NCBI RefSeq assembly: GCF_006345805.1 | Contig: NC_043000.1 | Location: 24,986,001-25,050,000, forward strand | Origin: Octopus sinensis | Lineage: Eukaryota | Reading direction: 5' to 3' | Length of the DNA: 64,000 nt | Translations under genes and position numbers: made by a program | Notes under the pieces: generated by a model | What the model saw: only the letters and a program-made list of their open reading frames with translations | What the model was told of the DNA's origin: nothing | Databases searched by the model: none | Part shown: positions 24,142-37,032 of the stretch, piece by piece | How the letters are laid out: every line of letters begins with the position of its first letter | How positions within the stretch are numbered: position 1 is the first letter of the stretch

Positions 24142-24357
24142 TTAACCCTTTGGATACCAAACCTCCTGAGGACACCCCTAGGTGTGTAATACCAACTTCC
24201 TGTTTTAAAGTGATTCAAATTAACACTTTCCATCAAAATTTCATGTTAATTTATTCCAAACAGCAGCTAAATAATGAGAAATTTATTCTACCAAATTCTG
24301 CATAATTTTCGAATCAACAGAAACAAAAAGGCAGAAATATGGCAATAAAAAGGTTAA
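24142..24357. mobile_element. piggyBac-type MITE
   Basis: TTAA|CCCTTTGGATACC...AATAAAAAGG|TTAA. Confidence 0.7.
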
Positions 24358-24781
24358 GTCATAAAATTGTAGAAACTCTGAGAAGATGCGAAATAAACTT
24401 TCAAGGTGGATTCTCAGAGTGAGTGCAGTGATTAAAAGCATGTAATATACGGGGTTAAAAAAAGCCCTTGAATGGGAAAAAAAAAGGGGGCAAAGATCAC
24501 ATGGGGGATGCAAACAGGCACAGAAGTTTGTTTATATCTGTATCCACTTCAGGACTCACCTTAATATTTCTTCGTTATCTTTCAATTTGATAATTAAAAT
24601 ACTCTTCTAATAAAGCCAGTATGACTAAATTCTGTGAAAAGGTCTCTTTCTCTCCCTTTTTCCTTACAGAGATATGACTGCAATCTGATAGGAAGTATGA
24701 TTAATACTGATAAACATTAGTAAGGGGTTTTTGTCTTTATCTCCCACCTGTTGTATACAGAAGTGGGTGATAGCTAATTAG

Positions 24782-25112
24782 GTTTCCATGGCTCAGAGGT
24801 TAGAGTATCAGGTTCACAATCATGAGGTAATGAGTTCAATTCCTGGACCAGGCAGTAAGCTATGTTCTTGAGCAAGACACTATTTCATGTTGCACCAGAT
24901 CACTCACCTGTAAAAATGAGTTGCAATGTCAATGGTGCCAAGCTGTATCAGTGTTTGCCTTTCCCTTGGATAACATCGGTGGCATGAAGAGGGAAGGCTG
25001 GTATGCATGGATGACTGCTAGTATTCCATAAACAACCTTGCCTGGACTTGTGCCTTGGTGAGGGAACTTTCTAGTTGCAATCCCATGGTCATTCATGACC
25101 GAAGGAGGTCTC
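24782..25112 (+). mobile_element. tRNA-headed SINE with CORE-like domain (distinct family)
   Basis: A-box-like tggctcagagg, B-box-like gagttcaattcc, then gttcttgagcaagacact...cctgtaaaaatg. Confidence 0.65.
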
Positions 25113-25222
25113 CAAATATACTATTGAAATAAAGTCAAATACGTTGTGTCAAAATGATTACAATCAAGTGGTGAAATATCTCATGAGGTAGATTTCTGTA
25201 TCAAACATTAACAAGAAATTAG

Positions 25223-25602
25223 GCACAGGAGTGGCTGTGTGGTAAGTAGCTTGCTTACCAACCACATGTTTCCGGGTTCGGTCCCACTGCGTGGCACCTT
25301 GGGCAAGTGTTTCCTATTATAGACTCGAGCTGACCAAAGCCTTGTGAGTAAATTTGGTAGACGGAAACTGAAAGAAGCCCGTCGTATATATGTATGTGTG
25401 TGTCTGCCCCCCCCCCCCCAACATCGCTTGACAACTGATGCTGGTGTGTTTGCATCCCCGTAACTTAGCGGTTCAGCAAAAGAGACTGATAGAATAAGTA
25501 CTAGGCTTACAATGAATAAGTCCTGGGGTCAATTTGCTCGACTAAAAGGCGGTGCTCCAGCATGGCTGCAGTCAAATGACTGAAACAAGTAAAAGAGAAT
25601 AA
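25223..25602 (+). mobile_element. Family A SINE, full length
   Basis: Complete copy from aggcacaggagtggctgtg to aaacaagtaaaagag. Confidence 0.9.
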
Positions 25603-25902
25603 AACTGAAGGACAAAAAGTTTTCCATTGTAGCAGGGTTGAAGCAAGTTTAATCATCATCAATGAAAATGATGCAAACAATTTACATTTCTAGATGTTTA
25701 ATTTGATAACAAAAACATCTTATTGAAATAATTAACTGAAATCTAAAATTTCAAGAATAAGATGAATATGATTATCATAAATAACAAACATTACTAAGTT
25801 TAGAATCAATATCATGAATAGCTGAATCTATGATTAATATGTTTGAGAAACTAGTATTTTCAATCCCAATTGGAACACACACACATACATACATACATAC
25901 AA

Positions 25903-25945
<43 letters not shown>

Positions 25946-26075
25946 CATGCATGTACACCTACATATATAGAAAAAATAATGATATTACTTATAAGACATT
26001 TAGCTACACCATCTTACAGACATTTCATTAACGTAAGGTGATTGAGTCTTGTAAATGTAATATGCATTATATAAC

Positions 26076-26265
26076 TAATGTCAAATCATCAGAGATGAGT
26101 GACTTTTATTTGTAACATTATTGGATTTAAAGGATGACAGAATTCATCATAACAGAGATGGCTAGCAACTCCAGGCCAACTATCTCCACAATTGTGAATT
26201 CTGTCATCTTTCCAATCCAGTAATGTTACATATGTGTGCTACACATCTCTGATGATTTGACATTA
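26076..26265. repeat. Long imperfect inverted repeat (foldback)
   Basis: Perfect 22-bp arms at 26076-26097 / 26244-26265; two nested 17-bp arms with one mismatch each (26111-26127 / 26214-26230 and 26130-26146 / 26195-26211). Confidence 0.9.
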
Positions 26266-26689
26266 AATTTTGCTTATGTAATTTGCATCATATAACTAAT
26301 AATGACCCTATGTTAATGAAATATATGTAAGCAAATATCATAAACAATCTCTCTTGATTTGTTTTGCTTTCTCCAAATACTCTGTATAACATTCAAACCC
26401 GGATCTCTTAACAAAGGATACAATTACAAATCATGAACAGAAATACAAATGGTGTTCTAAATATTGATTATTCGTCGTGCAGTTTAAGGTTTAAAGTGCA
26501 GCTGTGTAATTAAGAAGCCTGCTTCTGGGTCTAATCACACTGTATGACTCCTTGGGCAAGTGTCTTCGTTACAGCCCCGGGTCAAGGAAACTCTTGTGAT
26601 TGGGTTTGGTAGATGTTAGAAAAAGCCTGTGTGTGTGTGTGTATACTCTTGTCTTCACATTATGGAAGTCCGGAAATGAACAACATCGC

Positions 26690-26878
26690 TTATATGACAG
26701 TGATACTTGTTTACAACCCAAAATATGTCTGGTCATGAGGAAATATTACCTAGCTTGGAAATAGGTGGTGCAGGTTGGTGACAGGGAGGGTATCTGACCA
26801 AAGAAAGTCTGCCTCACAAATTCCATCTGACCTGTGCACGCATGGAAAAGTGGATGTATGTTGATGATAACATATATG
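26690..26878 (+). mobile_element. Family H retroposon 3' part
   Basis: aaatattacc...aaattccatctgacctgtgcacgcatggaaaagtgga...gatgat. Confidence 0.6.
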
Positions 26879-27824
26879 TAGCAACTGTATGTGGTTTGTA
26901 CAAAAATTTAAAAAAAAAAACGAAAAAAAAACTACTGAATGCCAAAATAGAACAACATATTTATTTATATGTATTTCTATTTGAGAAAGGCAGTATCACA
27001 TCTACTTTGAATTTTTTGTTGGGAACTCCAATTATTGTTATACAACATGCAATTTCTCAAACCAAAACCACATACATACACATTTACATACAGTCTTGCA
27101 AAAGGTATAGCTACAGAAAATATTTAGAATATGTAATAAAAAAAAAAAAAAACGAACCAGAAAAGAATTTTTGCTGTAAAATATTCTTTATTCTTATGCT
27201 ATTAATAAGAGAGCTATCTATTACTCTTCCCAATACCGTTTCTTCCTGAATATGTGAAGAATATATTCCTTCAATTTTTTATTTTTTTACAAATTTTATC
27301 ATTATTTTTCCAACAGTTCTGCTAATGAAGAATATAGAAAAAAATAATTAAAAAAATCTTATGTTCATGAGTGCAAAGATAATTTTTTTTTTGTCTTAAA
27401 ATAAAATGAATTTCATCATATTTCGTTTTTCTATTTGGTTTGCAAGATTCTTGATGTAAACTCATGTGGTTGAAATAGAATTTGGCTTTTCTTGGGAGGG
27501 TCATTATGCTAATAATAAACACATGCACTGGTTTTATTTTACTTCTTTTTATGATCATTAGGCCAGAGAGAGAGAGAGAGAGTATGCCATTAATGAGGTC
27601 ATGGACAGCAATGAAGGGACTCTGACAAACCCAGCTGATTGATGAACTGAACAATTAATCAAACAATCTTTAAGTTAGTTGGATAGATGATTAACCAACT
27701 AACATATAAAAAATAAAGTGAAATAGAATCAGTGAATGTGCGTATTATTAACATAATGACCCTCCCAAGATACAGTAAATTTTACATATAGAAATGTCAA
27801 AATGTCAGTATAAGATAAATGAGA

Positions 27825-28250
27825 AATCCCATCGATGGAACAGCCTGCTCGTGAAATTAATGTGCAAATGGTTGAGCACTCCACAGACATGTGTACACTT
27901 AACATAGTTCTCAGGGAGATTCAGTGCGACACAAAGCCTCCCAGCCTTTGTTTTTACAGAATTCAACCAATTCAGTGCAGTTTCTGTATATAAAATGCCT
28001 ACTGGTTAGGCATGTTGCACTTTTGATCCTGAGATTGTGGTTTCCACTCCCAGACTGGCTATGCACTGTGTTCTTGAGCAAAATACTTCATTTCCTATTG
28101 CGCCAATCCACTCAGCTGTAAATGCGTAACCCAGTGGCCTGCTTGCCTCCTAACCAGTGAGGTGGCATCATTTAAAAGCTAAGCTGATGCAAAGCGCATT
28201 GTGACCAGCGATGTATAACAACATCCGACAGACTGGCCAATCACGAGATT
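27825..28250. mobile_element. Family B tail (-) followed by a CORE-like SINE (+)
   Basis: ggaacagcctgctcgtgaaattaa is the reverse complement of the B tail; then gttcttgagcaaaatac...ccactcagctgtaaatg. Confidence 0.6.
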
Positions 28251-28804
28251 ATACAAAAATGCATAAAATGCAATTTCAAACTTTAGTGTTGCATAAACAC
28301 TGAGAGATAAGTTCTAATTTAAGATCACGGTTAATAAACTGCCATTAGACAAAATATTTTGACTCTGTGGAATAATTTAAAGGTAAATATCCATAATATC
28401 TCTGGGAGTACACTTGGTGGTGGCAGGTACTAAGAAACTGTACCAAATAAACTGCATCTGTTAATATGTTGATTGCTATGCCTTAGTTAAAGTAGTTATT
28501 TAATTAAAGTAGTAACTATGGCAACGTGTTTATGGCTGGGTAAACACAGCTCGTTGTTATTGAAGACATTCCATCAAGAATTTAAAGATAATGGCACTAA
28601 AAGTTAAGTATGGTAATCATGATGTATCAAGACAATCAGCAATAATGTAATCTCAATAGTGAAGCTTTTAAAAGATAACAATTCAAAGATATCTGATAGG
28701 ATGAAGAATCTTATGTTAAACACTATTTATTTACCAATATTGGTTGGTGGAACGGAAGTGGAAATAATTGAGTGGAAAAGTTTCTTGCTGAGAAATTTGA
28801 TGCA

Positions 28805-29178
28805 AGTGTGGATGTGTGGTTAAGAAGCTTGTTTTGAAACCACATGGATTCAGGTTCAATCACACAGCGCAGCAACTTGGGAAATATCTTCTTCCATAGC
28901 CCCAGGTTAAGCAATGCCTTGTGAGTATATTTGATAGATGGAGATTGTGTGGAAGTCCATCAAATATGTCTATGTGCTTTGTGTCCCACCTGCTTTGCTT
29001 GATAATTGGCACTGGTTTGTTTACATCCCTGTGGTTTGGCAAATGAGACTGATAAAATAAGTACCAGATTTAAAAAAAAAAAACAAAAATGTCCTGGAGT
29101 CACATTGTTCAACAAAAATTTTTTCAAGGCACTGCTCCAGCATGGCCGCAGTCAAATGACTGAAACAAGAAAAAGACA
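28805..29178 (+). mobile_element. Family A-like SINE, diverged
   Basis: gtgtggttaagaagc...aaccacatggattcaggttcaat...ctccagcatggccgcagtcaaatgactgaaacaag. Confidence 0.7.
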
Positions 29179-29374
29179 AAAGGCCTTACAGCCGCATGTT
29201 CTGCAAAAAAGATAAGAATGAGGAAAGGCAGAGGGCAAATCTAACAAGACGACCAGGTTTTGTAGGGTGACGTACAACACTGACATCGCATTTGAACACA
29301 CATAAGAAAATGGGAAGAAAATGTGCAGCAACTGATTCTATTTATGGAAAACAAATAAAGATGGCACGCACACA

Positions 29375-29800
29375 TCATCATCATCATCATTTAATGGTCC
29401 ATTTTTCCATGCTGGCATGGGTTGGATAGTTTGACCAAGCTCAAGCTGTCTGTTTTGGTTTGGTTTTTATGGCAGGATGCCCTTCCTAATGCCAGTCACT
29501 TTACAGAGGGTGCTTTTTACATGGCACCCACACAGGTGATTTTTATGTGGCACCCATACATGTGCTTATGTGACACCCAAACAGGTGCTTTTTACATGGC
29601 ACCAAAACAGGTGCTTTTTACATGGCACCCACACAGCTGCTTTCTACACGGCACCCACACAGGTGCTTTTTACATGGCACCCATACAGGTGCTTTCTACA
29701 TGGCACCCACACAGGTGCTTTCTACATGGCATCCACACAGGTGCTTTTTACATGGCACCCACACAGGTGGTGCTTTTTCATATGGCTCCATGGAAACAAA
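29375..29800 (-). mobile_element. Family F-like retroposon carrying a 26-bp minisatellite
   Basis: (CAT)n / ttccatgctggcatgggttgg tail, then ~10-11 copies of ggtgctttttacatggcacccacaca (29509-29790). Confidence 0.8.
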
Positions 29801-29864
29801 AGATGCAAATGATATGATATAGGTGTAAAGAGAAATTAAAATAATACACTTATTTCTGAAATAA

Positions 29865-30258
29865 CCATCCTTTTATCTTTTACTTGTTGCAGTCACTGAC
29901 TGTAGCCATGCTGGAGCACCACCTTAAAGGGTCCAGTCAAACAAATTGACCCCAGAATTTTATCTTTTTTCTGTTTGGTACTTATTCCATTAACCTCACT
30001 TGCCAAAACTTAGGTTAGAGGGACATAAACAAACCAACACCAGTTGTCAAGTGATAGGTGGGGGGGATCAAACAAAGGCACTCACACACACACATGATGG
30101 GATCCCACACAATTTCCACCTTCTGTCTACCAAATTCATTCACAGGTATTGGTCGGCCTGGAGCCATAGTAGAAAACACTTGTCCAAGGTGTCATATAGT
30201 AGGACTGAACCTGGAACCATGTGGGTACAGAGCATGCTTCCCAACCACAAAGTCATGC
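29865..30258 (-). mobile_element. Family A-like SINE, diverged
   Basis: Reverse-complement tail tttacttgttgcagtcactgactgtagccatgctggagcacc; head gactgaacctggaaccatgtgg. Confidence 0.7.
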
Positions 30259-30365
30259 CTGCAATTGTGTTTATTTAGCAATGAAGAGACAATATAGTTA
30301 ATAGTAGTACAAAGATTGGTCTAATGAGAGGAACAGGGACGAGATGAAGTACACAAACCCAACAT

Positions 30366-30526
30366 AGGCGTAGGAGTGGCTGTGTGGTAAGTAGCTTACT
30401 TACCAACCACATGGTTCTGGGTTCAGTCCCACTGCATGGCACCTTGGGTATGTGTCTTCTACTATAGCCTCAGGCCGACCAAAGCCTTGTCAGTGGATTT
30501 GGTAGACGGAAACTGAAAGAAGCCCG

Positions 30527-30567
<41 letters not shown>

Positions 30568-30785
30568 GTATGTATGTGTGTGTGTGTATGTTTGTGTGTT
30601 GTTGTTTGTCCCCCCAACATCGCTTGACAACCGATGCTGGTGTGTTTACGTCCCCTTAACTTAGCGGTTTGGCAAAAGAGACCGATAGACTAAGTGCTAG
30701 GCTTACAAAGAATAAGCCCTGGGGTTGATTTGCTCAACTAAAGGTGGCCACAATCAATTGACTGAAAAAGTAAAAGAGTAAACAG
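30366..30785 (+). mobile_element. Family A SINE, full length
   Basis: Complete copy with a (TA)/(TG) spacer. Confidence 0.9.
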
Positions 30786-31261
30786 AGAAGTCAATCTAAA
30801 ACCGATAATCTCTTTGGTTTAATTTCCTTTATATCACTCAACCAACTTGAAACAATTATGAAAGTATTAAGTTATCAATATCAAATAATTATGGAGATAT
30901 CTATTTATTCTAAACTGTCCCCAATTTGTTTGTTATGCAAAATGTTCATATAAGGCGCAGATGGGACTGTTTTGTAAGAAGCTTACTTGCCAATTATGTG
31001 CTTTCAGCTTTGTGTGGCATCAAGTGTCTTCTATTCTAGCACCGAGTCAACCAAAACTTTGTGAGTGGATTTGCTAAAAGGAAATTGAAAGAAGCCTGTT
31101 GTGTGTGTGTGTGTATTATATTTAAACAAGAATATTATTGACAGTAACTTCAAATTTTCAGCAAGCTAACCCATCATTGGATTGTCATTATCAAGCAGTC
31201 CAACACTGGCTTAACTGGATGAAACTTCGAAGTCATTATCAATAATATTGTCATTTAAGGA

Positions 31262-31463
31262 AAGGGCAGCGAGCTGGCAGAATCATTAGCATGCTGGGCA
31301 AAATGGTTAGGGTATTTCATCTGCCATTAAATTCTGAGTTCAACTTTGCCTTTCATCCTTTCGGGGTCAATTAAATAAGTACCAGTTACACACTGGGGTT
31401 GCTGTAATCGACTTAATCCCTTTGTTTGTCCTTGTTTGTCCCCTGTGGGCAATAAAGAAATAA
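31262..31463 (+). mobile_element. Family D SINE monomer with small deletions
   Basis: ggcagcgagctggcagaatcattagc...ttgcctttcatcctttcggggtc...gggcaataaagaaata. Confidence 0.8.
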
Positions 31464-31587
31464 ATATTCTTGTTTAAGAATACTAAATTTGTACTCTACA
31501 AAAATATGGAGTAACGTAAAATTGTTTTTATTATCATAACATAAGAAACAAACATTGATATATATATATATATATATATACATATAT

Positions 31588-31955
31588 TCTTTACTCTTTT
31601 ACTTGTTTCAGTTATTTGACTGTGGCCATGTTGGAGCACCACCTCTAGTCGAAGAAATCCACCACAGGACTTATTCTTTGTAAGCCTAGTACTTATTCTA
31701 TCGGTCTCTTTTGCTGAACCGCTAAGTTACGGCGACATAAATACATCAGCATCAGTTGTCAAGCAATGTTGGACAAACACAGACACACAAACATATACAC
31801 ACACATACATATATATACATATATACGACGGGCTTCTTTCAGTTTCCATCTACCAAATGCACTCATAAGGCTTTGGTCGGCTCGAGGCTAACAGTAGAAG
31901 ACACATGCCCAAGGTGCCATGCAGTAGGACTGAACCCAGAACCATGTAGTGATAA
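31588..31955 (-). mobile_element. Family A SINE
   Basis: Reverse-complement copy preceded by (TA)n at ~31559-31587. Confidence 0.85.
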
Positions 31956-32094
31956 GCAAGCTAGTTTTGGTGATGCAAACTGGAAAATAAAATTCAAAAC
32001 ATGAGTATATATATACATATATATAGTGCTAACATATGAAACTCTCAGCTCTTGAGTCACTGTAACTTCTACAAAATGTGTGTGTGTGCGCGCG

Positions 32095-32245
32095 TTTGAT
32101 TTCCAGTTTTCCATGAATAACATTTCTGGACATGGGAAATATTGCCACACTTGGAAACAAGAAGGGCATCCAGCCATAGAAAATATACTTCAGCAAATTC
32201 CGTCTGACCCATGCAAGCATGGAAAAATAGATATCAAGTGATATG
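32095..32245 (+). mobile_element. Family H retroposon 3' part
   Basis: gaagggcatccagcc...aaattccgtctgacccatgcaagcatggaaaa; last recognisable SINE-like repeat before the repeat-free island. Confidence 0.65.
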
Positions 32246-35200
32246 AGGAGTTTTTTTTTTTAAGTATATACATTAGCCAAAATTAGGCAGGCAACAGAAT
32301 TTCCCCAGCTTTGCCCCCAGTATGATCCAGAAGAAAGCATTACGCTCTGTCTGGCACCTAGCAGAATAGTAAAAGCAATAGGTAAGCTCAAAGACTGTCT
32401 ACAACATCTCTGCCTCGGAAATAGATTCGTTGTTTATTGCTCAAAGAGCCAACGATTTGAACGTATTTACAACTATTGGTATGCTGTAGCGAATTTGAGG
32501 AATACTACAAAAAATAAAGTGGGAGGTCACTTAGAGCAAGGAATGGGTGATGTTTATGTGACCCTTGAAGCATCATACCTTATGAAGAAGGGATAAGGTA
32601 CGGAAGTGGGTGGTGCAGTAGAGAATGTATTGAAATTTTTGGTAAAAATATTTTCAGAATCGTAATTTTGGTTGCACAAGTCACAGGAATGCTAAATAAG
32701 GAAGGGAAGCTTTTCCCTTTTCCTTCTCGATAAGATATGGGACTTCGAATGACAGCAACTGCAAAACTGAACCAAGGGATGAATAGATATCAAAAGTAAG
32801 AAAGCAACAACAAATAAATAAATAAATAAATAAATAAAACAATCTACGTTTGAAAAACCCAAAAATACAAATGCCTAGAAATGTCACTGACACCAAAGCG
32901 TTAGTAGTTCCATCTGCTATGATATTCTAGTATTTGTCTAAAAACAAAAAACAAACAAAAAAATTTAAAGACCTAGAAAAGCTTTTCTGCTGGGGTTGAT
33001 GACACTAACTCTCAACATAATTATTTAAGACGACATTTATGGCTTGACAGACTTATAAAATTCTTCAGTTAACCACCAGAATACAAATACAGGTAGAAAA
33101 CATTCGCCCAGTTTGATAAATAAATAAAAAAAATTTAAAGAAAGAAGAAAAACAACAGAGATTGTCCATAATGGTTTGACATTAAGACGTCTGTGCCAAT
33201 GCGTGATGTCTGGATGAATTAAAAACTAATTAGATTTACTGTCAACTCGAAAGAAGATTAACAGAACGGCTGCTGCTTTCCCTTGTAGAGATTGCAACGC
33301 CAAAATTATTCTACAATGAATATATTCTTTCATTAAGCAATTCCATTTTTTTTTTGTATGTTAGAATGTTTGCTTCTGAGTTAAAAGGTAACCTAAAACA
33401 AAGAGGCGGAGAGGGGTGAGAGCCACCTGCTTTTTGAAATACGTAATAGATGCAAAGTGGAATTGTGGAAGCAAATGCATTTTTCGGAGACAATGCATTA
33501 TGAAGTCAACGAGACAAGAGACATTTATAGGACATCTTCAAATATAATGACTGCGATAAGAATGAGATGGAGCTTAGAAAGCGGGAGGGGTGAAGAGAGG
33601 GAAAAAAAAGCACAATGGAAGCAAAAGATGGTGTAGAGATAGTATCAGAAATATAATGGCGTTAAGTTCGCGGCATTGCATAATAATAATAATAATAATA
33701 ATAAAGAAAAAATGACGAAAGAGGAGGAATTTTGACATAAAATCTTTTGCAAAAAGGTACGGATTTCAGATTAGCATTTGTGAAAAAAGAAGGGAAAAGA
33801 GAGCCATTAACACAGCACGACAACATTGTATGCATCTTGTTTGTATCAAGATTATTTTTCTGTTTAATGACATCGCCAGAAATATTAATGTGGAGAAAGC
33901 GATAGTTTAGGTACAGGAATATGTGTTATTGTATGGAAGGAACAATGCAAAAGCTAGCTGTACCATGAATTTTAAATAAAGGGAGTGAGGGGTGAGATGA
34001 AGAATTAAAGAGGACGATTTTAAGACTTCCAAACGGCTTTGTCATGAAAATGCAAGCATGCAACTAAATTTTTGGCGTAAGATAGGAATATGCATGTATT
34101 CGCCCAATATGCAACTTTAAAATGCATATGCAAGGGTAACAGACGTTTTCGATGCTGGTGCAAAGTGGTAGCTGCATGCATATGTGTCTGCGAATGTATG
34201 TTGCACGTGTGCGTGCGAGCACGTGCATGTGTGTGCACGTGTCACGCACTCACACGTGTACATGTGTGTCTCGGCTGACGAACGAACTATTACCATTGTC
34301 GCTTTGGTCATTTTTAATGCACCCCCACCCTTCATCCACTCCCTCTCTTCCCCGCCGTCAACCAATCCATTGTTGAAAACGAAGCTATAGTTGGAGACGA
34401 CAGATTGCTTGTCTTCTTCCTTCTGCTAGCAGAGTTGCTGCTGACAGCTCTGACAAACGTTTACCGTTTGCAACTGGAAATGGATTGACACCAAACGTTA
34501 CGTAACTTTTGGCTGTTGACCGCGCGTCAGATTTGACATCAAGGCCAAAAATAATAATTCCGCATGGTTTTCTCTCCGGTTTTAACTTTATACTAGCCTC
34601 CACTTCCATTTAAAACATGTAACTTTTTAATTCAACCGAGTTTCACTTAGAACTGAACAATAAGCAAATAATTATAGAAATTGCACTTAATTAACACTTA
34701 AATTCATTTGCACACAAAGCATATTTATCATCTGTTATTACCATTATCCATCGAAATCAATAATTTTCAAGTGCTCTTTAAACCTGGTTCTCTTCAGAAA
34801 GAAGAATTCGATCGAGCATTGATTCCATTCCAAAGTAAGGCTGTTAACATTTTGAAAACGTTTGGAAGCAGAAAGAATCGTTATAACAAACATACATATG
34901 ATGACCATCCCAAAGATTTGGACAAGAAAAAAAGAACTTAATGAAAAATAAATACAACATAAAATGTACCCGTTTACAATGAACCAATGTGAGTTATTCA
35001 TTGTGGGTGGAATCCACACCCATTTTTACCAAACAACCTTTAAACATATTATTCAATGAAAAAGCACTGCTTATTTGCAAGATCCTAACAATACCGAAAC
35101 ATGATTTTAAAAAGCTTATGTACTTTAGTCAGTAACAATCTTGTAATGGAAATAGCAAAAGGAATTTTTTTTTCTCACTCTTAAATTATTCAAAGCAGAG

Positions 35201-37032
35201 AATAGTTACAACACGACAAGATCCACCGACGAAGTTCATAAAAAAAACTATTCAGTTGAAAGCGATAATGAAATGAAAATACACAGCCTAGTAGTAATGT
35301 ATCCGATACAATACTAGGACCAAAACATTTCGATAAATTAGAAATAGGTCATTAAAAACACACAGTAGCTGAAATATGTCACAAATTTTGTCTATTATTG
35401 TTTTTGTTATTTATTACAATTATGACTAAACATTTTCCAGCTTTACCTGTTTGTGCTTAATTGCTTTTAGAAATGTTTTAGGGGGCTGTCGGTAATTCTC
35501 GATAAAATATAAAGCAGAGACAGGTAAACAGATCAATGTATTTAAATTTTGTAAGGAAAAAGAAACAGTATGCTCTGTTTAGTCCGATAAATAAATAAAA
35601 AAGCTTTTAACTACACGTAGTGAATACCTGTTTCACTGATACACCTTTCATTTACCTGTTGCAATATGTCAGTCACCACAGGAAGCCTTTGCTTCAGGTT
35701 TTTTTTTTTTTTTCAATTCAGTTTTTATTTTTATGTTTGTTACTTGTTGGAAGAAAGGTCACAAGGAAAAACAAAATAATAGGGAGCAACCTCAACGGCG
35801 GCAAAACAGTACGTCACACGGATTATATAGATACAAAGTCATGTTCACTTAAAATTTGGCACCTTGCCTTCATTAAAAGAAAACGATTAGCAACAGACTA
35901 ACTCAACTAAAAAGTATTATTAATCTGTTATGCTATCTTTTCTTTTTCGACGATCAACACTTAACACACACACATGCATCTATATGTGTATACAATATTC
36001 ACAGGAATTTCGTAAATGCAACGAAATCGTATCTAAGTGTAATGTAATTAGATGCTTACACGCAGCGCGTGTTGAGCATATAATTTTAATTAGCAAACAC
36101 TTGTTTGTCGTAAGTAATTTGCAGGTATGAAGGTATAATCAACAGGTGATCGTTTATTAGAAAACTGGGTTGTGTCTGTTCCAAAGCAAATATATTAGAC
36201 GATCGACTGCTTTTCATTCTTTCATTATTTCTCTTTCAACCAACAGAAATATTGAATGATTTATAGTAATAATATTTCCTTAACTTTAACTTGTAAAAAA
36301 GAAAAACAAATGACATCACATAATGACAACGGCAATGGAAGTTCGTTTTTGTCTTTATAATGAAAAATAAATTAAAGAAATATTTTAAACCGAGTAATGT
36401 GAAATTTGATCCTGAATTCTGAAATAATTTTAATCCCCTAGTTCCTTTGCCCCCCCACCCACCTCTCGTTTTATATCTTACGACGGTGAAATGTAATGAG
36501 TAAAACGATGTCACCAGTTACTGAAAGGTGAAACGAAGAGGACACTTGTTGATAACTAAAGTGAAATGGAGAGAGAGGTGGGGAGCGGCCTATAGCAGAA
36601 ACCATTGGCACTCGTATGGGTAAATAGCAGTTAAGGTCGCTGCAAGAGAAGCATAACAAGTACTGTTGACATGAGATTAGAGGCGGCAGATGAAGGCCGT
36701 AGAGAGGGAAAATGCTGGGTCAATGGCCCACACTTATATAAACTTGAGGGGGGTTTATAATCATAATGAGGTTTTAGATTGCTCTGGTAAATTAAAAACT
36801 CGTCGTAAGACAAGACAAGCAACGTATGTCGAATAAAAGTTAAATATAATAAACAACGACTGGATATGTTTGTTGGTGAATCAACAAGGAGGTGGAGGCG
36901 GAGATAGTGAGTGTGTGTGTGTGAGCGGGTTACAGGTATATTTGATATTTTTTTAAAAGCTGGTAATGGAAAAGAAAACAAACAAAAACAAATTGTCAAC
37001 TGATTATTCATGAATGCAATGTTAGGACTTAC

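Noticed and set aside
34385-34609. 74-aa minus-strand ORF MEVEASIK... as a MAGI exon or small gene
   Set aside because: No similarity I recognise to MAGI or any domain, and no convincing splice sites; better explained as regulatory sequence.
37022-37032. C-terminal GKS-stop of the MAGI ORF
   Set aside because: It is read-through into the intron past a consensus GTAAGT donor.
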